DNA of 64,000 nt from assembly GCA_017516045.1 (NCBI GenBank), contig JAFWDT010000007.1:47954-111953 (forward strand), read 5' to 3'. Both the position numbers and the translations under genes were made by a program. Of the stretch, positions 56,017 through 64,000 are shown in pieces (the stretch's first letter is position 1; each line of letters starts with the position of its first letter). Under the pieces are notes generated by a model. It did no database searches. It was not told the origin of the DNA and saw nothing but the letters and a program-made list of their open reading frames with translations. Source of the stretch: Erysipelotrichaceae bacterium (GTDB lineage: Bacteria > Bacillota_I > Bacilli_A > Erysipelotrichales > Erysipelotrichaceae).

Positions 56017-57678
56017 ATGAGCAGTATCAGAATAGTTGCTCTCGGCGGACTTGACGAAGACGGAAAGAATCTTTACTGTCTGGAAATTGATGACAAGATC
56101 ATCGTGGTTAATGCCGGTTTAAAACTGCCTGAAGACAATCAGTATGGCATAAGGTATATCGTGCCTGATTTTAACTATCTTGTTAAAAATCAGAAAAAGG
56201 TAATAGGCGTCATCATAACACATGCTCATGATGACATGATGAACGGACTTCCTATGCTTTTGCAGAGCATTGATGTTCCTGTTTACGGACCTCAAATGTG
56301 CCGCAGAGTACTGAAACACATTCTCAAACCTGCTGACTGGGACAGGCTTAACTATCGCGTTGTACCACGCAATGGAGAGTTTAAGGTAGGCGATTTCAAT
56401 GTTACTTCTTTCGCCCTGACTCATGCTACTCCGGATGCCATCGGTATTGCGATTGAAACAGAGAATGGTCAGATCGTTGTTGCTGAACAGTTTGTCGTGG
56501 ATTTTGACATGCATGACAAAAGCTTTGACAGCGATATCGGAACCATCGCTGAAATCGGCAAAAAGGGTGTACTGGCTCTGTTAATGGAATCTTCTTATGC
56601 CGATCACGAAAACTTTACAGCTCCTAATCACAGAATCTACAATCTCGTAAAACCGTATTTTGAAGACGCTAAAGGCCGTATAATTGTTACGGTATATAAT
56701 CAGAATTATTTCCGCATAAAGGAGATAATCAATCTGACACGTGAGTTCAAACGTTCCATTTTCTTTTATGATGACAGATTGAAGACCAGACTGAAGGACA
56801 TGGATGAACTGGGATATTATTCAATCCCAAAAGCCGTGGAAATCAGCAAGGACAAGTTTACAAACGACATTGATGATGCCGTTATTCTGGTCACCGGATC
56901 AGGTGGTAAGATCTTTAATGTAATGAACCGTATAGCTACGGGAGAAGATGACGTCATCGAACTTAAGGATACTGATACCGTGATCATAGCTTCACCGGTT
57001 GTTTCAGGCACTGAAAAAAGAGCCAGTGCCATGGAGAACGAACTTTACAAGGATAATGTCAAGGTACACAAGCTTGATTCCAAGCAGGTTCTGTCACTGC
57101 ATCCAAGCAGTGAAGACATGAAGATGATGATGTATCTGATCAAGCCAAAGTATTTCATTCCGGTAATGGGGGAATACCGCAACTTCATTCAGGCTGCCAA
57201 TCTGGCCATGCAGATTGGTTTCACTCCTGACAGGATCATAATTCTTGATAATGGACAGGTCGCAACGATCAATGACGGAATCCTGGTATCATGTTCAGAA
57301 ATGATCGAAGTAGGTGAAACAATGGTTGGTGCTGAAGATGAAAACAGCATTACCAGCTTCGTTCTGCGCGACAGAGAAGTTCTGTCAACGGATGGCGTCA
57401 TAATCATTGGTGTCGCCGTTGACTTCAATACCAAGGAAGTAATAGGCGGACCGGATATCCAGTCACGCGGGGTGATATATGTCAAGGATTCAGAATATGT
57501 TCTGAGAAATATCGGAACCATGGTCGTTGACATGATCAGGGAAAAAGTGGCTGATAAGACATATGAAAACATGGCTGTCAGAGCTGAAGTAAGAGAACAG
57601 ATAGCCAGATATGTATTAAGAGAAACAGGCAAGAGACCTATGATCCTGCCTGCAATTATTGAAATTAATCTGAAATAG
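56017..57678 (+). CDS. rnj: RNase J family protein with degenerate catalytic motifs (J2-like or pseudo-enzyme)
   Basis: 553 aa, collinear with Bacillus RNase J1 as I recall it (beta-lactamase, beta-CASP and C-terminal domains, ...KRPMILPAIIEI). Motif II reads HAHDDM, and PVMGEY replaces PIHGEY. Confidence 0.85.
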   Translation: MSSIRIVALGGLDEDGKNLYCLEIDDKIIVVNAGLKLPEDNQYGIRYIVPDFNYLVKNQKKVIGVIITHAHDDMMNGLPMLLQSIDVPVYGPQMCRRVLKHILKPADWDRLNYRVVPRNGEFKVGDFNVTSFALTHATPDAIGIAIETENGQIVVAEQFVVDFDMHDKSFDSDIGTIAEIGKKGVLALLMESSYADHENFTAPNHRIYNLVKPYFEDAKGRIIVTVYNQNYFRIKEIINLTREFKRSIFFYDDRLKTRLKDMDELGYYSIPKAVEISKDKFTNDIDDAVILVTGSGGKIFNVMNRIATGEDDVIELKDTDTVIIASPVVSGTEKRASAMENELYKDNVKVHKLDSKQVLSLHPSSEDMKMMMYLIKPKYFIPVMGEYRNFIQAANLAMQIGFTPDRIIILDNGQVATINDGILVSCSEMIEVGETMVGAEDENSITSFVLRDREVLSTDGVIIIGVAVDFNTKEVIGGPDIQSRGVIYVKDSEYVLRNIGTMVVDMIREKVADKTYENMAVRAEVREQIARYVLRETGKRPMILPAIIEINLK

Positions 57679-57688
57679 AGGTGTATAT

Positions 57689-59884
57689 ATGGCAAGAAAA
57701 AGAAAGGTAAAAAAGGAACCGATGATTCCGGTATATGGCGGCATAGCGGTCGTATTCAGTCTGATCGTTCTGCTGCACAGCAGTACCGGATTTCTGGGAC
57801 AGTTCTTTTATCAGCGGTCCAGGCTGCTTTTTGGTGATTTTTACCATATTCTCTATGTTGCCGCAATTGTGATTGGAACACTTGTATGCCTGACATCCAA
57901 GGTTCCTGTAATGGGAAGAAAAAAGATCCTCGGACTGGTATTAATGTATCTGGCTCTGATGATGATCATGGCCATTCCGGAAGACAAGGCTACCGGCAAG
58001 GTCATCTTCACCAATTTCTTCGCTGACTATAAGGATATTTTTGATGATCTGGTTCCTGCCAGAGGCGGACTGATCGGTGCGTTATTGTATGGCGGTGCCA
58101 GTTTTCTGGTTTCCTTTGTAGGAAGTCTGATCATCATAATCGCGTTACTTGCTGTCGGCATTATTCTGCTGGTTGACATCGATAACCTGAAGGGAGTCAA
58201 GGAACTTTTCAATAAGGAAAACAAAACCGCAAGAACCAGCAAGCGGGCTGAGAAGATCAGATCAATCAAGATCAAGAAGCCTGAAGTCTTCAACATCATT
58301 GATTTGAAGAAAGATCCTGTTCCGGTTATTGATGAACCAAAACAGGAATTCATTCCTGAAGAACCGAAAGAAGAAGTGATTGCTGCAGTTGCTCCGGCTG
58401 AAAAGAAGTCTGAAAACACAGCCTCATCTTCTGCCAAGACCAGTTCAGTCGGTTATTCACGTACCGGCCGCAAATACACAAAACCAAGACTGTCACTGCT
58501 GGAAAAGGCAACTGCCATGAGCAGTACAGCGAACCGCAATAACGCCAATGAAAAAGGCAGACTGCTGATAGAGATCCTCGATCAGTTTGACGTACCTTGT
58601 ACGCTGACTGATGCCAAGATCGGGCCTTCAGTTACCAAGTTCTTTGTCAGACCTGAACCAGGTATCAAGATCAGCCGTATCACTTCACTGCAGGAAAACA
58701 TCAAGATGGCTCTTGCTGTCAAGGATGTCCGTATTGAAGCACCTGTTCCTGGTCAGAGCGTAGTAGGAATTGAAATTCCGAACGCCGACAGAACAAGCGT
58801 AAAAATGAGTGAACTGCTGTACAAGGTTCCTGATAAGTATAACCGCAACCCGCTGACAGTGGCTTTGGGTAAAGACCTTTCAGGTGACAATGTATATGCT
58901 GAAATAAACAAGCTTCCTCACATGCTGATTGCCGGTTCAACCGGCTCAGGAAAATCAGTATGCATCAACTCCATCATCACGGCGTTGTTGTTAAGAACTA
59001 CACCTGATGAAGTCAAACTGCTGCTGATCGACCCTAAAAAAGTTGAATTCACTCCTTATGAAAACATTCCGCATCTGATCGGACCTGTTATCAACGATAC
59101 ATCCGAAGCTGCCAATGCACTCAAAAGCATCGTTGAAATCATGGAAAACAGATATAATGAATTCCACCGTGCCGGTGTCAGAAACATCACTGAATACAAC
59201 CGGAAGGTCAAGGATGATACCACACTGAAGCACATGGTTTATATCGTCGTTATCATTGATGAGCTGGCTGACCTGATGCTGACTCATGGCAAGGATGTTG
59301 AAGGATATATACAGAGAATTACGCAGCTGGCAAGAGCCAGCGGTATCCACCTGATCGTAGCTACGCAGCGTCCTAGCACGGATGTAATCACCGGCACGAT
59401 CAAGACAAATATCCCTTCACGTATTGCCTTCGCTGTTTCCAGTGCTATTGATTCAAGAATCATTCTTGATCAGGTTGGTGCGGAAAGACTGATTGGTTAC
59501 GGTGACATGCTGTACATCCCTATGGGAGAATCTGCCGCAAACAGACTTCAGGGTGTATATGTCAGTGATGCTGAAATAACAGCCATAACTGACTACGTTA
59601 AGAGTCAGGGTGCTCCGGAGTATGATGATGCCTTTGTTAATAATTCCTTTGGCAACATGAGTGATGAAGGAGTTGAAAGAATGGCACAGGATCCGGCTTA
59701 TGACGAAGTCAAGAAATTCATCGCTCAGACCAAGAAAGCGTCAACCTCAGCTATTCAGAGACGTTTTGGCTTCGGTTACAACCGTGCTGCCAGAATTATT
59801 GACATGTTGGAACAGGAAGGGGCAATTGGTCCTGTAAACGGTTCAAAACCTCGAGAAGTATATATTTCTGATACTGATCATTAA
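57689..59884 (+). CDS. ftsK: DNA translocase FtsK/SpoIIIE
   Basis: 731 aa with N-terminal TM helices, a linker, a motor with Walker A GSTGSGKSV, and a gamma winged-helix domain (ASTSAIQRRFGFGYNRAARIID). Confidence 0.96.
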   Translation: MARKRKVKKEPMIPVYGGIAVVFSLIVLLHSSTGFLGQFFYQRSRLLFGDFYHILYVAAIVIGTLVCLTSKVPVMGRKKILGLVLMYLALMMIMAIPEDKATGKVIFTNFFADYKDIFDDLVPARGGLIGALLYGGASFLVSFVGSLIIIIALLAVGIILLVDIDNLKGVKELFNKENKTARTSKRAEKIRSIKIKKPEVFNIIDLKKDPVPVIDEPKQEFIPEEPKEEVIAAVAPAEKKSENTASSSAKTSSVGYSRTGRKYTKPRLSLLEKATAMSSTANRNNANEKGRLLIEILDQFDVPCTLTDAKIGPSVTKFFVRPEPGIKISRITSLQENIKMALAVKDVRIEAPVPGQSVVGIEIPNADRTSVKMSELLYKVPDKYNRNPLTVALGKDLSGDNVYAEINKLPHMLIAGSTGSGKSVCINSIITALLLRTTPDEVKLLLIDPKKVEFTPYENIPHLIGPVINDTSEAANALKSIVEIMENRYNEFHRAGVRNITEYNRKVKDDTTLKHMVYIVVIIDELADLMLTHGKDVEGYIQRITQLARASGIHLIVATQRPSTDVITGTIKTNIPSRIAFAVSSAIDSRIILDQVGAERLIGYGDMLYIPMGESAANRLQGVYVSDAEITAITDYVKSQGAPEYDDAFVNNSFGNMSDEGVERMAQDPAYDEVKKFIAQTKKASTSAIQRRFGFGYNRAARIIDMLEQEGAIGPVNGSKPREVYISDTDH

Positions 59885-59945
59885 CTGATAACATATTGAT
59901 AATCTCCATGATTATCGATTAACATAATAGATAAGGGTGGTTTAT

Positions 59946-60656
59946 ATGTATAAGAGAGTATTATTAAAACTAAGCGGTGAAGCTTTATCTGCACTGGATA
60001 ATGCCTATAATCCTGAACTTCTTAAGAGTCTTGCTGAAGAAATGAAGGAAGTTCTGGCCATGGGTGTTCAGGTTGGAATCGTCGTCGGTGGCGGCAACAT
60101 CATCAGAGGCAAGTTTGCCAGTCAGCTTGGATTACCACGTGTACAGGCTGATAAAATGGGCATGCTGGCTACACTGATCAATGCCCTGGCTGTTCAGGGA
60201 GCTCTGGAAATCAACGGTGTTCCTGCCTATGTACAGACTGCTTTTGAGGCCCCTAAAGCTGCAGATGTCGCTGATGCCAGAAAGGCAATTCAGCATCTGG
60301 AAGCTGGTGAAGTTGTCATCTTCGGTGGCGGAACAGGCAACCCGTTCTTCTCAACTGATACAGGTGCTGCATTAAGAGCCAGCGAGATCGAAGCCGAAGT
60401 AATACTTATGGCAAAGAACGGAGTAGATGGCGTTTATACAGATGACCCACGTAAGAATCCTGATGCCAAGAAATATGATAAACTGACTTTCAAGGAAGTC
60501 CTTGATAAGAATCTGGGTGTTATTGACCAGACTGCAGCAAGCATGTGTCTGGAAAACAACATCAAGGGCATAGTCTTCAACATGAATGACATTGCCAATA
60601 TTTCAAGAGCATGCATGGGAGAAAATATTGGAACATTAATCACTGGAGGTGAATAA
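59946..60656 (+). CDS. pyrH: UMP kinase
   Basis: Start at MYKRVLLKLSGEAL (ATG 59946, AAGGGTGG SD). Confidence 0.96.
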   Translation: MYKRVLLKLSGEALSALDNAYNPELLKSLAEEMKEVLAMGVQVGIVVGGGNIIRGKFASQLGLPRVQADKMGMLATLINALAVQGALEINGVPAYVQTAFEAPKAADVADARKAIQHLEAGEVVIFGGGTGNPFFSTDTGAALRASEIEAEVILMAKNGVDGVYTDDPRKNPDAKKYDKLTFKEVLDKNLGVIDQTAASMCLENNIKGIVFNMNDIANISRACMGENIGTLITGGE

Positions 60657-60657
60657 T

Positions 60658-61200
60658 ATGGTAGAACTTGAAATCTACGAACTTGAAATGGAAGAAATTA
60701 TTGATCGTTTTCAGGGAGCCTTAACTCAGATAAGAACATCTGGTGCCAATCCTAATCTGGTTTCAAACATTGAAGTTGATTATTATGGAATGGCTACGCC
60801 AATCAATCAGATCTCATCTATTTCCGTAATAGAAGGTAAGCAGCTACTGATCAAGCCTTATGAAATGAGAATTGTCAAGGATATTGAAAAAGCTATTTTC
60901 GCTGCCAATATCGGGCTTACTCCTCAGAATGAAGGAACTCAGATCAGAATCGTTGTTCCACCTCTGACAGAGGAAAGACGTAGAGAGTATGCATTAAAGG
61001 TCAAGGAGATGGGCGAGGAAGCCAAGATTGCCTTGAGAAACGTTCGTCGTGGTGCCAATGATGCAGTAAAGAAAGACAAGACGATCCCTGAAGATACTCA
61101 GAAAGACATGCTGGATGAGATTCAGGAAATGACTGATGATTCAATCAAGAAAGTAGAAGAAATCGCTGCCAACAAGAGCAGAGACTTAATGAAACTGTAA
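60658..61200 (+). CDS. frr: ribosome recycling factor
   Basis: Start at ATG 60658 (GGAGGTGA SD). About 180 aa. Conserved pyrH-frr-uppS-cdsA order. Confidence 0.95.
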   Translation: MVELEIYELEMEEIIDRFQGALTQIRTSGANPNLVSNIEVDYYGMATPINQISSISVIEGKQLLIKPYEMRIVKDIEKAIFAANIGLTPQNEGTQIRIVVPPLTEERRREYALKVKEMGEEAKIALRNVRRGANDAVKKDKTIPEDTQKDMLDEIQEMTDDSIKKVEEIAANKSRDLMKL

Positions 61201-61202
61201 AC

Positions 61203-61898
61203 ATGAACAGTGTTCCGCAGCATGTAGCCATAATCATGGACGGCAATGGCCGCTGGGCTAAAGCGCAGGGAAAACCCAGAAGCTTTGGCCATTTACGCGG
61301 TACGGAAAATGTTCGTAACATTGCCATAAAAGCCAATGAACTTGGAGTAAAGGTTCTTACCCTTTATGCTTTTTCTACGGAAAACTGGAAGAGACCGGCA
61401 GAAGAGGTAAACTATCTTATGGGCCTTCCGAAAATATTCATTGACAGATACATCGATGAACTGATGCAGAAAGGCATAAAGATCCGGATGATAGGGGATA
61501 TAGAACAGATTCCTTCTGAAACGAGAAAAGTTCTGGAGAGAGCATTTGAAAAAACCAGAAACAATAAAAACATGACTCTGGTATTTGCGCTTAATTATGG
61601 CGGTCGCAAGGAAATCGTTGACGGCATAAACCGTTACGTAAAGCAACTGGATGATAAAGATCATGTGCTTACAGAAGATGAATTCTCCAGATATCTTTAT
61701 ACTGCTGAATATCCTGAACTGGAGCTTATGATCAGAACATCACTCGACTACAGAATTTCTAATTTTCTTCTATGGCAGCTCTGCTATGCCGAGATGTGTT
61801 TCATTGACAAATACTGGCCTGACTTTACAGGCGAGGATTTTGAAAACATCATAAACGACTTCATGCAGAGACACAGAAGATTTGGAGGCTTGGAATGA
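61203..61898 (+). CDS. uppS: undecaprenyl diphosphate synthase
   Basis: 231 aa with HVAIIMDGNGRWA, FSTENWKRP and RTSLDYRISNFLLWQ. Confidence 0.96.
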   Translation: MNSVPQHVAIIMDGNGRWAKAQGKPRSFGHLRGTENVRNIAIKANELGVKVLTLYAFSTENWKRPAEEVNYLMGLPKIFIDRYIDELMQKGIKIRMIGDIEQIPSETRKVLERAFEKTRNNKNMTLVFALNYGGRKEIVDGINRYVKQLDDKDHVLTEDEFSRYLYTAEYPELELMIRTSLDYRISNFLLWQLCYAEMCFIDKYWPDFTGEDFENIINDFMQRHRRFGGLE

Positions 61899-62677
61899 AA
61901 CAGAGATTCATAACCGCTTTTGCCCTGATAGCAGTTTTAGGGCCAATATTATTTCTTGGCGGAATACCGTTTAAAGTACTGATGGCTGTATTTGCCATTA
62001 TGGGTTCATATGAGATGATCAAGCTGGCTGAAGCAAAATGGCCACGTCCTCTTCAGCTTGTTTCCTATGTCTTTTCACTGATAATCATGTTTGCCAATCT
62101 GCTGGGCCTGAATTATTTCTTCCTGGCTGACTGTCTTATTCTGATATGTCTTTTCACAATGTTGGTGTTCTGTAAGGAAGTCAGTTTTGAAAGCATGGGA
62201 ATGATGTTCATTTTCTATAACATGATAGGAATGATGGCTGCTGGTTTCCTTAAAATGTATTCCATCAGCAACATGATGGTATTCTACATGCTGTTTGCGA
62301 CCTGCGTAACTGATGCTGCTGCATACTTTGTAGGCAGAGCAATGGGAAAACATAAACTGAATGAAAGAATCTCTCCTAACAAGACCATTGAAGGCTCTGT
62401 TGGAGGTTATCTTTTTGGCGCTGTTATTTCATTCCTGCTCGCATATCTGACACTGATTAAGCCATTGAATATTTCTGTACTGCTGTTTATTATCGGCTCA
62501 TTGACAATGCCGATTGTAGGCCAGATAGGTGACCTGGCTTATTCCGCCATCAAGAGACATTATGGCATCAAGGACTTCGGAACCATTTTCCCGGGTCATG
62601 GAGGAGTATTGGACAGAATAGATTCCGTGTGTTTTAACACCATGTGGTTCTATGTTCTTATGCTTGTTATTTTATGA
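61895..62677 (+). CDS. cdsA: phosphatidate cytidylyltransferase
   Basis: 260 aa polytopic protein with the C-terminal signature SAIKRHYGIKDFGTIFPGHGGVLDRIDS. ATGA overlap with uppS. Confidence 0.94.
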   Translation: MKQRFITAFALIAVLGPILFLGGIPFKVLMAVFAIMGSYEMIKLAEAKWPRPLQLVSYVFSLIIMFANLLGLNYFFLADCLILICLFTMLVFCKEVSFESMGMMFIFYNMIGMMAAGFLKMYSISNMMVFYMLFATCVTDAAAYFVGRAMGKHKLNERISPNKTIEGSVGGYLFGAVISFLLAYLTLIKPLNISVLLFIIGSLTMPIVGQIGDLAYSAIKRHYGIKDFGTIFPGHGGVLDRIDSVCFNTMWFYVLMLVIL

Positions 62678-63828
62678 GAAAAAAAGTTATTTTATTAGGC
62701 GCCAGCGGTAATATCGGACTGCAGACGATTGATATAATCAAACAGCAGTCAGACCGTTTTGAAATAATAGGTGTATCCGTTGGCAGAGATGTGGAAAACC
62801 TGCTCGTTACAGAAAATGAATTTCTGAAGAAGCAGGTAAAATACATATGTACAGGCCGCAGAAGAGATGATCTGGCAGAATTATATCCGGATTGTCAGTT
62901 TTTTTACGGATCAGAAGGTCTGATCGATCTTACGTCGAAACCGGCAGATCTTGTCATAAATGCCCTGCAGGGTTTTGTGGGCTTGCTGCCGACGTTAAAT
63001 GCAATCAGGCATAAGGTCAGCGTTGCCCTGGCTAATAAGGAAACGCTGGTAGCCTGCGGCGAGATCGTTATGGGGGAAGCCCGCAGATACGGAGTTGATA
63101 TCATCCCGATAGATTCAGAGCATTCTGCCATCCGGCAGTGTCTGCTTGGTTACAGACATGAGGAAATCAATAATCTGATAATCACCGCATCAGGCGGCAG
63201 CTTCAGGAACCTGAAACGTGAAGAACTTGGTGATGTTACATTGGAAATGGCGCTTAACCATCCGAACTGGAGCATGGGTAAGAAGATCACGATTGATTCA
63301 GCAACCATGATGAATAAGGGTTTCGAAGTCATTGAGGCACACTGGCTGTTTGATGTTGATTATGATCATATTAAAACGGTCCTGCATCCTGAAAGTATTG
63401 TTCATTCAATGGTTGAATTCAGAGATCATGCCATTTTACGGCAGATGGGCGTTTCGGACATGAGAATGCCTATACAGTTTGCCCTGAACTATCCTGAAAG
63501 AAACGTCAATACTTCCGAAAGTCTTGATCTCATCAAAGTAGGGGCATTGCATTTTGCAGAACTGTCATTGGAAAGATATCCTCTTCTGGCTTTGGCATAC
63601 AGAACCGGTAAACAGGGAGGAATACTTCCGGCGGTCATGAACGGTGCCAATGAAAGGGCAGTTAAGCTCTTTCTAAATAGAGAAATCAGTTTTCTGGATA
63701 TTGAAAAACTGATATTTGCAACTGTTGAGAAAGCTCAAAACATCAGTAATCCGACAGTAGACGATATTATTGAAAGTGACAGATGGGCACAGGAATATGT
63801 GCAGCATCTGACAGAAGGTAAAGAATGA
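62674..63828 (+). CDS. dxr: 1-deoxy-D-xylulose 5-phosphate reductoisomerase
   Basis: Start at MRKKVILLGASGNIG (ATG 62674, ATGA overlap with the cdsA stop). Motifs LANKETLV and PIDSEHSAI. Confidence 0.96.
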   Translation: MRKKVILLGASGNIGLQTIDIIKQQSDRFEIIGVSVGRDVENLLVTENEFLKKQVKYICTGRRRDDLAELYPDCQFFYGSEGLIDLTSKPADLVINALQGFVGLLPTLNAIRHKVSVALANKETLVACGEIVMGEARRYGVDIIPIDSEHSAIRQCLLGYRHEEINNLIITASGGSFRNLKREELGDVTLEMALNHPNWSMGKKITIDSATMMNKGFEVIEAHWLFDVDYDHIKTVLHPESIVHSMVEFRDHAILRQMGVSDMRMPIQFALNYPERNVNTSESLDLIKVGALHFAELSLERYPLLALAYRTGKQGGILPAVMNGANERAVKLFLNREISFLDIEKLIFATVEKAQNISNPTVDDIIESDRWAQEYVQHLTEGKE

Positions 63829-64000
63829 CAATTATATATTTTCTGATTATTCTGGCAGTCATAATATTTGTACATGAGCTTGGGCATATGCTTGCTGCCA
63901 AGCTGTTTGGCTGTTATGTAAATGAATTTGCGATAGGTTTCGGACCGACGGTATTCAAAAAGGTCGGCAAGGAAACAACATATTCACTGCGTGCAATTCC
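63825..64000 (+). CDS. rseP: RIP zinc metalloprotease RseP (site-2 protease), N-terminal fragment running off the window
   Basis: My translation is MTIIYFLIILAVIIFVHELGHMLAAKLFG..., with HExxH inside a TM helix. ATGA overlap with the dxr stop. Conserved dxr-rseP order. Confidence 0.85.
   Translation, partial: MTIIYFLIILAVIIFVHELGHMLAAKLFGCYVNEFAIGFGPTVFKKVGKETTYSLRAI

Noticed and set aside
59898-59916. AT-rich inverted repeat GATAATC-tccat-GATTATC upstream of pyrH, a possible operator or terminator for ftsK.
   Set aside because: It is a 7-bp AT-rich stem with no T-run, and I recognise no matching regulator motif. The evidence is insufficient.
1-64000. Search for a defence island, prophage, integrative element, toxin-antitoxin pair, retron or CRISPR-Cas locus.
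   Set aside because: Every intergenic gap over 100 nt is accounted for by leaders, promoters, terminators or rnpB. There is no integrase, transposase, recombinase, reverse transcriptase, restriction-modification or cas-like ORF, and no tRNA attachment site. Gene content is essentially all conserved housekeeping.

Overview
This is a dense, almost entirely plus-strand core-genome window from a low-GC Bacillota. Lineage markers are PolC, Prp-processed L27, a type-B RNase P RNA, T-box leaders and a recU-ponA pair. The gene order patchworks the Bacillus ylo/ylx/ylm/ymd neighbourhoods, and an Erysipelotrichia-like or Mollicutes-related lineage is only a guess. I can support about 70 CDSs. These include two small genes below the ORF-track cutoff (rpmG and a 2x[4Fe-4S] ferredoxin) and two edge-truncated genes (PBP1A at the 5' end, rseP at the 3' end). 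I also support rnpB, two T-box riboswitches (ileS with AUC specifier, pheS with UUC specifier), a probable L21 leader, and many intrinsic terminators and sigma-A-like promoters. I see no CRISPR array, tRNA or rRNA gene, integrase, transposase, prophage, toxin-antitoxin pair or recognisable defence island, so I cannot honestly point to a clear multi-gene novel system. The most unusual items are as follows. (1) A 1103-aa hyper-acidic, repeat-bearing, C-terminally tail-anchored protein of no recognisable family lies between efp and cmk. (2) The adjacent EF-P has Met at the loop tip, where Lys or Arg is normally modified. (3) A Cas4-like Cys-cluster plus DEDD-like (DUF2779-type) fusion protein occupies the slot upstream of hpf where comFA-comFC often sit, bracketed by near-identical palindromic terminators. 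(4) A complete seven-gene comG pseudopilus operon has no visible sigma-A promoter. (5) An RNase J homologue has most metal-ligand residues substituted. (6) NusA carries a roughly 190-aa acidic tail. (7) A 13-bp perfect palindrome encodes both C-termini and holds both stop codons of the convergent rbfA and ispG genes. (8) Several genes lack a Shine-Dalgarno sequence; they are either positioned as leaderless mRNAs (rnc, the trmH-family gene) or start a few nucleotides after a terminator T-tract (recG, the MBL hydrolase, miaB). All functional interpretations are inference from sequence reading. No database searches were run.
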